A stretch of 63,626 bases of DNA, counting the filler, from Octopus bimaculoides (taxonomy: Eukaryota): the NCBI RefSeq assembly GCF_001194135.2. It is 7 parts of 6 records of this genome, joined end to end, with 100 filler letters (N's around TTAATTAATTAA, not from the genome) between each part and the next. Parts side by side here need not be neighbours in the genome. Positions count along the whole stretch, not along the records: positions 12,780 to 23,326 come from NC_068981.1; positions 23,427 to 34,846 come from NC_069000.1; 5 more parts are not named here. One strand, written 5' to 3'. Position numbers and translations under genes: made by a program. The notes beneath the pieces were generated by a model, which saw only the letters and a list, made by a program, of their open reading frames with translations, had not been told where the DNA came from and searched no databases. Positions 12,780-24,380 of the stretch are shown piece after piece; within the stretch, counting starts at the first letter, position 1, and each line of letters starts with the position of its first letter.

Positions 12780-13426
12780 AAACTGAAAGCATATTTTAAT
12801 ATAGATTTCTAACTGGCTTTCATTGCATGGCAAATTTTCAAGAAGAGGGAGAATGAAAATGTTTTTTACAAAAAAGTAAAAATAATATATAAAAAAATAA
12901 TATATAAAAAAATAAATATACCAATACATTATATTGTCTGTGAGCTTTTAAAGTTCAAAGGTAATCCATGTAGATAATAGCTGAAAAAATAGGGATGCAT
13001 GAAATTGAGAGTTGTGTTAGCCCCTTTTCTCTTTTTTTAAACCTAGCCACCCATATTATATATATATATTAAATTAAAAAACAAAAACAATATTATTGTT
13101 ACATAACTTTATTCAAGGTTACAATTGTTTTGAATGGTTAGAAGAACTGTTTCATTCCTATATATTGTATGTATGTATATATATATATATATATATATAA
13201 TATACACACATATATTACACAAACACACACACAAATCTATCTACAACTATGCATGCACATGCACACAAATACACAGATAATATGTATGAACGCATACATG
13301 CATATGTCCATAGATACATATAAACACACATGCATATGCATACATGTACACATATAGCTGCATATACACACAGTTTATTGATATAATTATAGACAAATCT
13401 GAGAAAAAAAAAATAGTTCCAAGTAC

Positions 13427-13525
13427 CTTCAATTACTCTATCAACATCTTCAACAACAGAATGAAGAAAAGGAATGGCTTCTTCACTGTCTACAGGTTCT
13501 GCCAATGCAACTTCAGTAGTTGTGT
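13427..13525 (-). CDS. FPGS: FPGS exon (linker region), phase 1-1
   Basis: TTTTATTTACCATAG acceptor, AAG|GTACTT donor; reads (D)TTTEVALAEPVDSEEAIPFLHSVVEDVDRVIE(G), ending at the Gly expected before the GL....WPGR motif. Confidence 0.65.
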
Positions 13526-14174
13526 CTATGGTAAATAAAACAAAATTGAGATTAAAATTCCTCAGTTATTATTCCCCTCACACCCACTTCAATGGTAAAT
13601 TTAAGTATTTTCATTGTTGATATGAGTGAAATCTGTTCATGACCAGACATGCTTTTACAGAATATTGGAGATGATTGACACAGGTTGTATGACAGTGATA
13701 TTCATTTACAACTGTCATAATTCCAAGGACAATAATAAATACTGAATCAATTTAACAAGACCTTTTCTATAAAATATGACTTAATACCTGATCAGAAGCA
13801 ATAATTTTAGAATTAATTATCTCATGAAAATAAAATAAACTAGATTTAAATAATAAGTGGAGTAATGATGTAATTCTATGTTAAACTCTCATGAAGAAGT
13901 TAAAACTGTAACTAACACTAGATTTTTATTCGAATCTCAATCAATAAGGCACCAAGCTAGATCATTTAATATTGATTTCTTTTAACTGGACACAAAACCT
14001 GATTTTTTAAAGGAAGGTGGAATAGGAAAGTGAGACATCAATAACTACGAACAAAGACAGTAACTCTTTTATAACTCCTACATTTCAAACAATGATACTG
14101 AGCCAGTTCTATATATTGAGACATTGCCTGTGTTTTCTAATTAATCTTTAAAATAATGAGGACTCAAAATATTT

Positions 14175-14471
14175 GGATCTTTCTGAATTGATGGGCACCA
14201 ACGATATAATTAACAGGGAATAACGATCTTGACACTGGCAAAAATTATTGTTTACAAAACAGCAGTAACTGTATTCAGCTGAATAGACGTCAGTGATTGG
14301 TTGAAATTACAGAAATACGACAACTTTAACATGAAATAACTTGCGATGTAGAAATTTTTGTTTAGAAAACTAAGAGAAAAAGATGTTTTATATGACACAT
14401 TCTACCAGTATCCCAAGTTTGAAAGTGTTTCGTTAAGAAAACAAATGGTGCCCGTCAATTCAGAAAGATCC
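14175..14471. mobile_element. MITE with GG-initiated TIRs and 8-bp TSD (Merlin-like)
   Basis: TIR GGATCTTTCTGAATTGA(T/C)GGGCACCA at both ends with 1 mismatch; flanked by AAATATTT at 14167-14174 and 14472-14479. Confidence 0.85.
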
Positions 14472-14533
14472 AAATATTTTTATAATTATTTTCCTTATTT
14501 ATTACTCAATTAACCTGGAATTTGGAACACTAC

Positions 14534-14596
14534 CTGGTCGTTGGGTAGTATCATTGGAGTCTACTCTAATGCAATTATTTGGATCAAGTGTCCAGT
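14534..14596 (-). CDS. Tentative extra FPGS exon, phase 1-1
   Basis: TTTAG acceptor (weak), CAG|GTAGTG donor, open frame WTLDPNNCIRVDSNDTTQRP; no recognisable homology. Confidence 0.25.
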
Positions 14597-14691
14597 CTAA
14601 AGTTAACCCCGTCCCTCACTAGTAAGGAGAGGTTATTCTCTAAGGAAGCCAGAGACTTGAATATAGTATACAAGTATGGCAATAGATGCAG

Positions 14692-14830
14692 ACATAGCTG
14701 TGTGGTTAAGAAGTTTGTGTCCCTAGTATGCATGGCACTTAGAGTAACTTCTACTATAGCCCCAGACAAACCAAAGCCTTGTGAGTGGATTTGATTGATG
14801 GAAACTGAAAGAAGTGCACTGCATGTGTAC
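14692..14830 (+). mobile_element. Degraded SINE family A
   Basis: GCTGTGTGGTTAAGAAG..CTTCTACTATAGCC..CCAAAGCCTTGTGAGTGGATTT. Confidence 0.75.
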
Positions 14831-15384
14831 ATATATGTGCGTGTGTGTGTGCACGAATGCATGTTAATATATGTCTTTATGCATATGTGTGTATATTTGT
14901 ATTCATGTCTCCTTGTCTTGACAACATGTAATAGATATAAATGAATGCTACAATCATGCAAAATGTAAAAACATGTCTAGTCATTGGGGAAAGCATGAGG
15001 ATAGGTGACAGGAAATTTGACACAACTAATCCTGTATGACCCATGCAACAGGAATGTAGATATTAAAATAACAATGATCATGATCATAATACTTTTGATA
15101 TAGGTGGTCTAAGGAAAGTTTTGATTGAATGTGTTAACAACATAAATGAAGTACAATAAAGTGCAAAAAGCCAAACAGATCCACGATTACCATGACACTG
15201 AACTCTTAAACAGCTGTCCATCAAGCAATAAACAGATATTGCAAGATGTTTGATTAAATTGGTTAATCAGAAACAGAAAGACAGTGTCCATAACATTTTC
15301 AGTGTCTCTTGAACTTGTGAGACCAACGTGACTGATACTCAGTCTTAGGGATAAAATTGTAGGGACATACAGAATTTAGTCACA

Positions 15385-15530
15385 AGAGTGGCTGTGTGCT
15401 AGAAAGTTTGCTTCCCAACCACATAGTTTTGGGTTCAGTCCCATTGCATAGCACTTGGGCAAGTATTTTCTCCTATAGTCTATAGTCACAGGCCAACCAA
15501 TGCCTAGTGAATGAATTTGGTAGATGGAAA
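15385..15530 (+). mobile_element. Degraded SINE family A head
   Basis: GTGGCTGTGTG..GGGTTCAGTCCCA..CTTGGGCAAGT. Confidence 0.75.
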
Positions 15531-15582
15531 CTCACCATGTATATATGTATATATATACATATATATATATATATATAAAATC

Positions 15583-15790
15583 ATCATCATTTAATGTCCA
15601 TTTTCCATGCTGACATGGGTTACACAGTTTGACTGGGATTGGTAAGCCGGAGAACTGCACCAGACTCCAGTCAGCTGTTTTGGCTTGGTTTCTATGGCTG
15701 GATGCCCTTCCTAAAGCCAATCACTTTACAGAGTGTACTGGGTGTTTTTTTACATGTCACCAGCTTGTAAAAAGGCACAGGTGCCTTGTG
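15583..15790 (-). mobile_element. RTE-tailed SINE-like repeat (family F)
   Basis: GGAAGGGCATCCAGCC core and GGAC.TTAAATGATGATG tail on the minus strand; related copies at ~15905-15965 and 20110-20450. Confidence 0.75.
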
Positions 15791-16681
15791 TGTGTTTTAT
15801 TGTCTCCTTACTTTGACATCATGTGATAGTTGTAAGCAGTGTCATTGTTTTCCAATCTTCTTTGAAAGTATGTCTAGTCATGATAAAATATTATCTTACT
15901 TGGAAACAAATGAGGGTTGGTATCAGGAAGGGCATCCAGCCTGGATGTTAAAATGATAATGATGTTGATATACAAGTTTTGGAGTGGAAGGGTTGAAAAA
16001 GGCGTTCATGGCAGATGAGATACAGCATTAGCTCTAAGAAGATACTTAGATAGCAGCAGCATTGCAAAACTGACAAATGGTTTGTTAGCTTGCAGTCACG
16101 AACTCAATCCTACAACCTTGAAAAAGAACCTATTGAATAATGTAGAGCAAGGTATATTATTTTTGAAAACAGGATGGTCAGTTTGAATACCTTTGCTAAT
16201 TTTATGATCTTAGGTCTGCTTGATCATGTTAAACCATGTTAAGGTTAAACAATAGGCAAAAGGAGGTCATCAGCCTAGCTTTCAAATCAATAGGACTGGT
16301 TACTTATTGATGGGTATTTCTGATTAGAAAAAGTCAAAAAAGTGTTTCATTTGTCAGACAACAGAGAAATTAACTAACGAAAGGAAATCGTTTAATCTTC
16401 ACTAACTCAATCACTTCACCACTCTCTTATTCTTAAAGCTGACTTTTAACATTGACATGAAGGCCACACATTTTGGGAGAAGTTACAGCTAAGTAAATGA
16501 ATCTCAATACTTCACTGGTATTTATTTTATGTTCGATGGAAGGAAAGTAAAGTTAATACCAGCAGGTTATGAAATCAGAATGTAAATACAGTCATCTTGT
16601 CCAGTGCTAAACTATTTCCAATATTCAACACTGTCAAATCCCTGAATATCAAAAAAACTTTCAAAAGAAAAACAAACTAAC

Positions 16682-16826
16682 CTCTTTTCTTACAGTTCAT
16701 CCAAATCCTGGACAACTGAACAGCTAATGTCATATTTTCAAGTTCAAGTGGTTCTTTATTGTAAAATACAGGGTTCTCTTTGAATATCTCATAAGATGAA
16801 AATGGTGGGCTTAAATACAAACAACA
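16682..16826 (-). CDS. FPGS: FPGS exon, phase 0-1
   Basis: TTTCTTTCAG acceptor; CCLYLSPPFSSYEIFKENPVFYNKEPLELENMTLAVQLSRIWMNCKKR; aligns to the CPLYLCP..N..LA.QL..W segment; donor AG|GTTAGT (alternative T|GTAAGA ending the exon at 16694). Confidence 0.8.
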
Positions 16827-18278
16827 CTGAAAGAAAATCATATACAAAATACATATAAGCATAGAAAGCCAGTTAGGTGGACTGAGTTACTCAAATATTT
16901 TTAACAATATTCTTGAATATTCTACAATATTGTTGAATTTTTGGACATCTATATCCAAAGATTCATCAACTGTTCATTAAATTTTTACTAACAAAAGATA
17001 ATTCCTTATTCAATGAAACCAGTGATGAGCTACATTTGCAACAGAGAATGAATTGAGTTGAAAATGTATAAATTTTAGATATTTTATTGTTTTATGAGAA
17101 AGAGAATCTAAAATTTCAAGCTAAATTGTAGATTTTCCATATTTGCTTTTCTTTTACCTTATTAATGTTTTACTAACATATCTACTGTGTTGCCAAATAT
17201 TTATTTGAAAAGAGAATGTAATTTTCATTCTCACAGAAGTTAACAAAGAAGTTTGACACTGATTAACTTTTATTTTAACCTTAACCACCCGAAGGCTATA
17301 TGAGAAGAGTGTGATGTAAAACATGGTTTTTTGAAAAAGATAATTCTGAAAAACAACTCCAGCTTCAAGACACTCAAATAATTGCTGGCAAGAAACTATT
17401 GGACCAGTAAGAATTTGGTTATTTTTCTCAATTTAAAAAAGACTACAAGTTTAAAACTTATACCAACAACTTTTAACAGATGCTCAAGACATAAAAAAAT
17501 TTTAAAACTCCAAAAATATCTTTGTAATACTAGATAGAAAAACTATTGGTATGAAATCAACAAACACACTTACAAAATATTCCTATCTAATAATAAATTA
17601 AATACATATAAAGACAATTGTAACACTTTTAACTCCATCAACTAAGATGTCAATAACCTCTCAATAACCAACTCTTACTTTTGTAAGTTCTCACCTTTGC
17701 CTAAAACTATATGACAATTATTAACCAGGAATTCAAGATCTTAATGCACTCAAGATGAATGTTGCTTTCCCCTGACAAAGCTCCATGGGGGAAAATATCA
17801 AATCATCATTTTATTTTAAGATCGTGAAAATTAAGACATTTTATTGAAAAATTTGATGTGAGTTACCCTCATTCGAAACTATGATATCATGCAGACATGT
17901 CAGAAGTGTTACAACTGGTCATAGAAACAGATGAAGCTAGAGAATTATTCTATAGTAATGTTTTAAGAAATAAAATCAAACAACAAACAATCAAAATTTC
18001 ATCTAGGCAAATACCTAGCTTTCATTCCAATATTTTAATTAGATGACAACTAAGTTTATCTATGATTAGAATGCCAATCTATTCTAGAGGATATTTCAGG
18101 AAGGCCTCATATTCATTCCTAAGAGAACAACTGAGAGGTGAAGAATGAAGCCTAAAGATACAATAAAATTCAATATTTGCAAAACATTTGTTTAACAAGT
18201 AATCCACCCCACTCAAGATTTTGTGAGAAAGCATGTAATAAATGTGTTTGTTCATGTATGTGTAAACAGTAAGATAAT

Positions 18279-18452
18279 CTCAAACGCAGGATAATGCTAA
18301 CAATATAGCCTGAACAGGATAAGCTACCCCTATTTTGCAGAAAAAAGTGTTGGCGGCCAGCTATGAGTCTCATAATAGGGGTAGCTTATCCTGCAAAATA
18401 GGGGTAGCTTATCCTGTTCAGGCTATATTATTAGCATTATCCTGCGTTTGAG
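18279..18452. mobile_element. Near-perfect fold-back element in FPGS intron
   Basis: 63-bp arms 18278-18340 and 18391-18453 with 1 mismatch; possible AAT TSD. Confidence 0.85.
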
Positions 18453-18626
18453 AATTTAAAAATTACTTCTTTAACCTTCTAAGACATTTCAACAATTCTA
18501 AAAGCAAACTTTGTTTGTTTGTTTACGTTTATCGTAATTTGAATTTAAAGTAAGATAATCATATTTTATTGACTTCACCTCAGATTCATAAGCGTCAACA
18601 TATTAAACCATTTCTAAAATTCTTAC

Positions 18627-18704
18627 GTTCTTATTTGTGGCAGTCTGCTTCAAAATTTTCATGGCATTTTCCTTCTGAGGAACAGTAACAGCAATGGAAC
18701 CTGG
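18627..18704 (-). CDS. FPGS: FPGS exon, phase 0-0
   Basis: TTTGTATACAG acceptor, AAC|GTAAGA donor; PGSIAVTVPQKENAMKILKQTATNKN aligns to the segment following KAGIFK. Confidence 0.88.
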
Positions 18705-19631
18705 CTGTATACAAATCAAAATATATGAAACAGTGCTGATATTTTACAATGTTTTTACAATATTTGCATACAAAACTGGACATTTCTACTTACAATTTAC
18801 TTCTTTCAAATAATTTGACAAAACATTAAAAGATCTTCTATGAATACAGAATTATATGCGCATGCATTGCAGCTTATGTTGAACATTCAGCTCTAGCTGA
18901 ATGTCCGACTAAATATCAACTCTAGATAACAATTAATTGATGGAGCAGACATTTGTGAATTAGTATGTCTTTATAAAAATTGTTTCCCATCTAGAAGTAT
19001 AACTTTACAGAGATGATGGACTGAACATATTACACTTCTCTAATGACTCCACTCCAGATAAACTCAGAAAAGACTTAATATATATCTTTATAACATAAAA
19101 TTAGTCTAAAAATCACAATCAACATTAATATTAAAACTGTCAATTTTCTGAGCATTACATAGGTTTTAAATAAGAGCAAATACCTTCCTTATATAAAACT
19201 CAATGAAAAGTTTCAGTGTATAAATTAACTGCCTAATTTCCAACCAATGATCTTCAAAAAAACATGGCCAGTAACATTTGTAACTATATTTCTAACACCT
19301 TTTTTCATGAAGAATCTTTCAACCATACCTCTAATTAATGTTATAATGCTTAAGTAGGGACAGAATACTTTGCATTCAACAACTCACATGCAACAAACAT
19401 TCAGCAACTCACATGCAAATTAAAATAGGAGGACAATAATCCAATTAAAATCTTTTTTCTTTTTAGTTCAAATGCTATTCCTAACAGTAAAAGTTTTCCT
19501 ATGTATAATACATCAGCACTTCCTTTCCTAAACAAACTGCTTAACAAAAATGCAGTGAAACACTTAGTTACACCAAAAATTTTGCTATTTCAATACCAAA
19601 GATTAACAGAAAAAAAAATTATACAAACTAT

Positions 19632-20030
19632 AGGCGCAGGAGTGGCTGTGTGGTAAGTAGCTTGCTTACCAACCACATGGTTCTGGGTTCATTCCCACTG
19701 CGTGGCAAGTGTCTTCTACTATAGCCTCAGGCCGACCAAAGCCTCATGAGTGGATTTGGTAGATGGAAAACTGAAAGAAGCCCGTCGTATATATGTATAT
19801 ATATGTGTGTGTGTATATGTTTGTGTGTCTGTGTTTGTACCCCCAACATCACTTGACAACCGATGCTGGTATGTTTACATCCCCGTAACTTAGTGGTTCA
19901 GCAAAGAGACCGATAGAATAAGTACTAGGCTTACAAAGAATAAGTCCTGGGGTCGATTTGCTCGACTAAAAGGCAGTGCTCCAGCATGGCCACAGTCAAA
20001 TGACTGAAACAAGTAAAAGAGTAAAAGAGT
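19632..20030 (+). mobile_element. SINE family A, near full length, CpG-decayed
   Basis: AGGCGCAGGAGTGGCTGTGTGGTAAGTAGCTTGC head through GACTGAAACAAGTAAAAGAG tail. Confidence 0.92.
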
Positions 20031-20109
20031 AAACACAAATAGATGTAAATTTCATCTGTGTTCTTTGCATCTCAAGGATGATATAGACTATATTGATTTT
20101 ACAGGTAAT

Positions 20110-20450
20110 TTATTTAAAAGCTGATACGAGGCTCAATGACTTGAGCCTTACAAAAGAGATGACTAAGGACTGAAATATTGGGCACCTTGCTGTACTTGAG
20201 AAGACTTGTTTGCCACAGCAGAATTGATACCAGTGTTGGTGCCAGATAAAAAGCACTGGTGCTGGTATCACATAAAAAAAAACACCCAGTACACTCTGTG
20301 GAGTGGTTGGTGTTAGGAAGGGCATCTGGCAGTAGAAACCATGCCAGAACAGACAATGGAGCTGGGTGCAGCCCCTGGCCTTACCAGTTCCACTCAAACC
20401 ATCCAACCCATGTTAGCATGCAAAATGGACGTTAAATGATGATGATGATG
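20110..20450 (+). mobile_element. RTE-tailed SINE-like repeat (family F)
   Basis: GTTAGGAAGGGCATC..GTAGAAACC..GGACGTTAAATGATGATGATG tail. Confidence 0.75.
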
Positions 20451-20509
20451 ATGTTCCATCTCACATAAATCCTGTAACAACAGATGTAGTGCTTTTGCCA
20501 CTGAACCCG

Positions 20510-20786
20510 AGGAGGAGGAGGAGGAGGAGGAGGANNNNNNNNNNNNNNNNNNNNNNNNNNNNNNNNNNNNNNNNNNNNNNNNNNNNNNNNNNNNNNNNNN
20601 NNNNNNNNNNNNNNNNNNNNNNNNNNNNNNNNNNNNNNNNNNNNNNNNNNNNNNNNNNNNNNNNNNNNNNGGAGGAAGAGAGGAGGAGGAGGAAGAGAGG
20701 AGGAGGAGGAGGAAGAAGAGAGGAGGAGGAAGAGAGGAGGAGGAGGAAGAGAGGAGGAGGAAGAAGAGAGGAGGAGGAGGAGGAGG
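20510..20786. repeat. (GGA)/(GAA) purine triplet tract with gap
   Basis: Low-complexity run within an FPGS intron. Confidence 0.9.
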
Positions 20787-20857
20787 ATATAGTGTCTATT
20801 CAAAAACACCTTGCTAAAAGCCACTCTAAAAACTTTCAGTTGTTAGGTTAAACTTAC

Positions 20858-21097
20858 CTTGAAAATACCAGCTTTATGTGCTGCAATGCTCTCTAATGTA
20901 TTACCAAGTACATTTACATGGTCAATACCTAGATGTGTAATTCCACATACTACTGGGTTTTCAACAATGTTAGTACAATCATAAAGACCACCAATACCTA
21001 CTTCAATGATTGCCACAGTAACAGCTTCTTTGTGGAAGACATAAAAAGCCATAACTGTTAGCATTTGAAAATATGATGGCATTTGTTCATTTTTCTT
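20858..21097 (-). CDS. FPGS: FPGS exon, phase 0-0 (240 bp)
   Basis: TCTCTTTTAG acceptor, AAG|GTAAGT donor; KKNEQMPSYFQMLTVMAFYVFHKEAVTVAIIEVGIGGLYDCTNIVENPVVCGITHLGIDHVNVLGNTLESIAAHKAGIFK carries the EVGIGG.YD.TN, GIDH and KAGI motifs. Confidence 0.96.
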
Positions 21098-21157
21098 CTA
21101 AAAGAGAGAACATTTTTATCATTAGTTGGCTGAATTTCAGTTAAATTTGATTAAATC

Positions 21158-21218
21158 AGGGATTTAAAAAAAGACAAATGTGTATAGAAGGGATTTAAAA
21201 AAGACAAATGTGTATAGA
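21158..21218. repeat. ~30-bp tandem duplication in a short FPGS intron
   Basis: AGGGATTTAAAAAA(A)GACAAATGTGTATAGA twice. Confidence 0.9.
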
Positions 21219-21261
21219 AGAGAATATTTAACAATATAGATATAAACTAAAGATTTCTTAC

Positions 21262-21367
21262 CAATAGCAGGTCATAGCAAATCCAAAAATATTTTGTGAA
21301 ATCCTCTTTTGATAGAGGAACTCCATTAATACGGATTCTTTCACGAACTTTAATCAGGTGTGGAGAA
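21262..21367 (-). CDS. FPGS: FPGS exon, phase 2-0
   Basis: TTTTTTTCCAG acceptor, TTG|GTAAGA donor; SPHLIKVRERIRINGVPLSKEDFTKYFWICYDLLL. Confidence 0.96.
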
Positions 21368-21778
21368 CTGGAAAAAAATTATACCAGAGAAATCAAAACT
21401 GGAAAGATGTAGATAATACAAGTTTGATTAATAGCCTTTTATCAGATAATCAATTCCACCCTTATTATAATAACACTGTTGCACTGTCTTCTCAAGAATA
21501 TATATATAAACTATGATAGCATTTATGATTTTTATTTATCTCATTTGATATGAGTACTCAAACATCTTACTGCAAGTATATCGAAGTGTTTGGTAAAATG
21601 ATGCAATCCCAAATTTTGCTGAAGGAATTATATAAGAATATGTAATATATGAATTCTAAAATCTAAGTCTTCTGAATCCTAAAACGCATATAGCCTTAAG
21701 AGTTTCATATATAGAATTGATAATAAGCAGTTCTGAAATATCCAAGTGTAAAGAAAATAATATGCTGTTTATACTTAC

Positions 21779-21897
21779 CTGAAAAATCCTGTTTTCTGAC
21801 CTTTATTTCTAAGAATACATTCAGTGTAGTAACAAGTTGATCCCTTTCCTTTAGTACCAGCAACATGGATCACAGACAAATTGTCCAATTCTTTTAA
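21779..21897 (-). CDS. FPGS: FPGS exon with P-loop, phase 0-2
   Basis: TTCCCCCTAG acceptor, CAG|GTAAGT donor; [39 protein letters not shown](S). Confidence 0.96.
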
Positions 21898-23326
21898 CTA
21901 GGGGGAAGTAATTTAATCATATTTAGTGTTAAAAACACTGCTTTCTCATAAGTTTATCAGATTATAGTGTGCCAAAGGCAACATATACTACTGCTTGTTA
22001 TGATATCACATACCAGGTGCCAATAAGAGGTGATAGGCCACATGTAAGACCAATGTTATAAAATCTTTACAGTCAAACAATACTAGATACTACTAATAAC
22101 ACATACATTTGAATCAGGACATTACAGAAAGGATTTTAATGACTAGTTTTGATAACTGGTAAGAACACATGAAATACAGACAGGATTAAACAGTTTTAAT
22201 AATAATAATAATAATGATGATGATGATGATAAAATTATAAAGTTGTAAAAACACAAACAATATGAAAAATAATACTGTTTTAAATTCAAATGCAACGAAA
22301 CTGTTCTGCATGCAATTGTACAGTGTCCAAATCTCTTGGACATGTGGGTAGCTGGTGAGAGTACAGCTGTCAGCCAAGTTGATTATTAAGATCATTCCAC
22401 CGTCTCCTCTATAAGAAGAAGAGAAATTCTGCTTTCTAGCCGTAATAGCTATAGTGAAAGAGGTGATATGGAAGAGGTATCGCTTCAGACACCTTCATCT
22501 CCAGGCATGCTTTGGTTAATCTCTTTTTACATCACCTAAGAGGGAAAACACATCTGGAGAAGAAATGCCTGATAAGAAAAAGTTTGAAAAATGATGGAAG
22601 AAAGTAGCCCGAATCTTGGGTGTGTAAGTGCTTAATTACGTGGAGTAAAAAGAAAAAAAAATGAAGTAAATGGTTGAACACAGGAATGTGGGGTCAAATC
22701 CATTCCTTTCATTCTTTCATCTTCATCCGAAATTATATTGTATTTATTCATATCTGTAATCTCATTCGATAAGTCCCCAAACCCTATTTGTCCCATGTAT
22801 TGTCCCCTCTTTTTTTAACCCTTGTGGTTTGAATAAAATGATCATGCTAGTTCCACAGTCCATATAGTGATAGTGCAGAGTTGGAGTTCAAAGTTTACAA
22901 TTCGAGTTAGTGTGTTGGAGTGTTGGTTCTTAAAAGATTGTTGTTACGTTCCAAGTGGTTACTGCCATTTGTTTCGATTATTTGTTTATCCATAAGAATA
23001 TAACATCTATTTAACTTTATAAAAACTAAGGGCTGTTACTGCTGCTATAGTCCTTTGTGGTTAATAGAAAGATTAACTAAGTATGAGGTATATTATCTAT
23101 TTTTTCTCTGGGTTACAGATTTAGAATATGCATGAAAGTGAGTATAGTTTTCGATATAAAATCATCCAATATGTGAAGTCAATACTTTGCAATAGCCCCA
23201 CGTATGCAATCAGTGTACTAGTGAAGATGATATTATTCCAGATATGTTAATAGTACTCAAATAAAAACGGTATTCCCAGATATATGTCAAGTACATGACT
23301 GTACTTTATATTTAAGCCTTATGTGC

Positions 23327-23426
23327 NNNNNNNNNNNNNNNNNNNNNNNNNNNNNNNNNNNNNNNNNNNNTTAATTAATTAANNNNNNNNNNNNNNNNNN
23401 NNNNNNNNNNNNNNNNNNNNNNNNNN
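23327..23426. other. Artificial contig linker
   Basis: N44-TTAATTAATTAA-N44. Confidence 0.97.
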
Positions 23427-23463
<37 letters not shown>

Positions 23464-23839
23464 ACATACACACTTTTGCTAGTGAGAAAGCTTCACGTTG
23501 CAATGTCCACACCCATTTCTAATTATCTCCTAATCTGAATCTGATTTCAAATTTTACCCGGTTGTTGTCTGAACCCGATTTCAAATTTCCCCCTGCACTG
23601 CTTACGCAACCTCTTATCTGATTTCGCTAAAATGGTGAATTCTAATGTTTACAACTAACGATACTTCTATATTCCATGTGTTTAAACACATGGAACATTC
23701 AAGATCGTAAGCTAATCTAAAGATGTAAGAATTACCAAAAGTATTGAATTTTTAAACATCCGCTAACGTTTTTATGTTGCCTTAAAAAAAACAAAAAACA
23801 AATAGAACACTTTGGACATCAGCGATTATGTTTTATTTT

Positions 23840-24380
23840 CTTTAGACTGCGGCCATGCTGGGGCACCGCCTTGAAGAATTTTTAGTCGAATGAATCGAAT
23901 TCCAGTTCTTATTTTAAAAAAATCTTGATACTTATGCTATAGGTCGCTTTTTGCCGAAGCGCCAAATTACGAGGACGTAAACACACCAACACCGGTTGTC
24001 AATTGGTGGTGAAGGATAAACACAAACACAAACACACACACACGAGCGCATACACACAACACTTATACAACGAGCTTCTTTCAGTTTCCGTTTACCAAAT
24101 TCATTCACAAGGCTTTCGTCGGCTCGGGGCTATAACAAATGAAGTAATATCTATCTCCACGTAACGTGGATGTTCCTGTTAGAACAAACTATACTGTGGT
24201 AGTTACCATGAGAGAGACTCTCATGCTGGCTTTCTGGTGCAAAATGCACTCTTGTTTGTATCGTCAGCTGGGTTTATAATAGAAGACACTTGCTCAAGGT
24301 ACCACGTAGTGGGACTGAAACCGGAACCATGTGGCTGGGGATCAAGTTTCTTACTATCAATATATAGCTATGTCTGCACC
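23840..24380 (-). mobile_element. SINE family A interrupted by a ~140-bp insertion
   Basis: 3' half 23840-24135, head 24275-24380; TATAA duplicated at 24131-24135 and 24275-24279. Confidence 0.75.

Noticed and set aside
22143-22410. MSKRFGHCTIACRT.. as an FPGS mitochondrial leader exon
   Set aside because: No in-frame donor, and the intervening conserved exon is not present between it and 21897.
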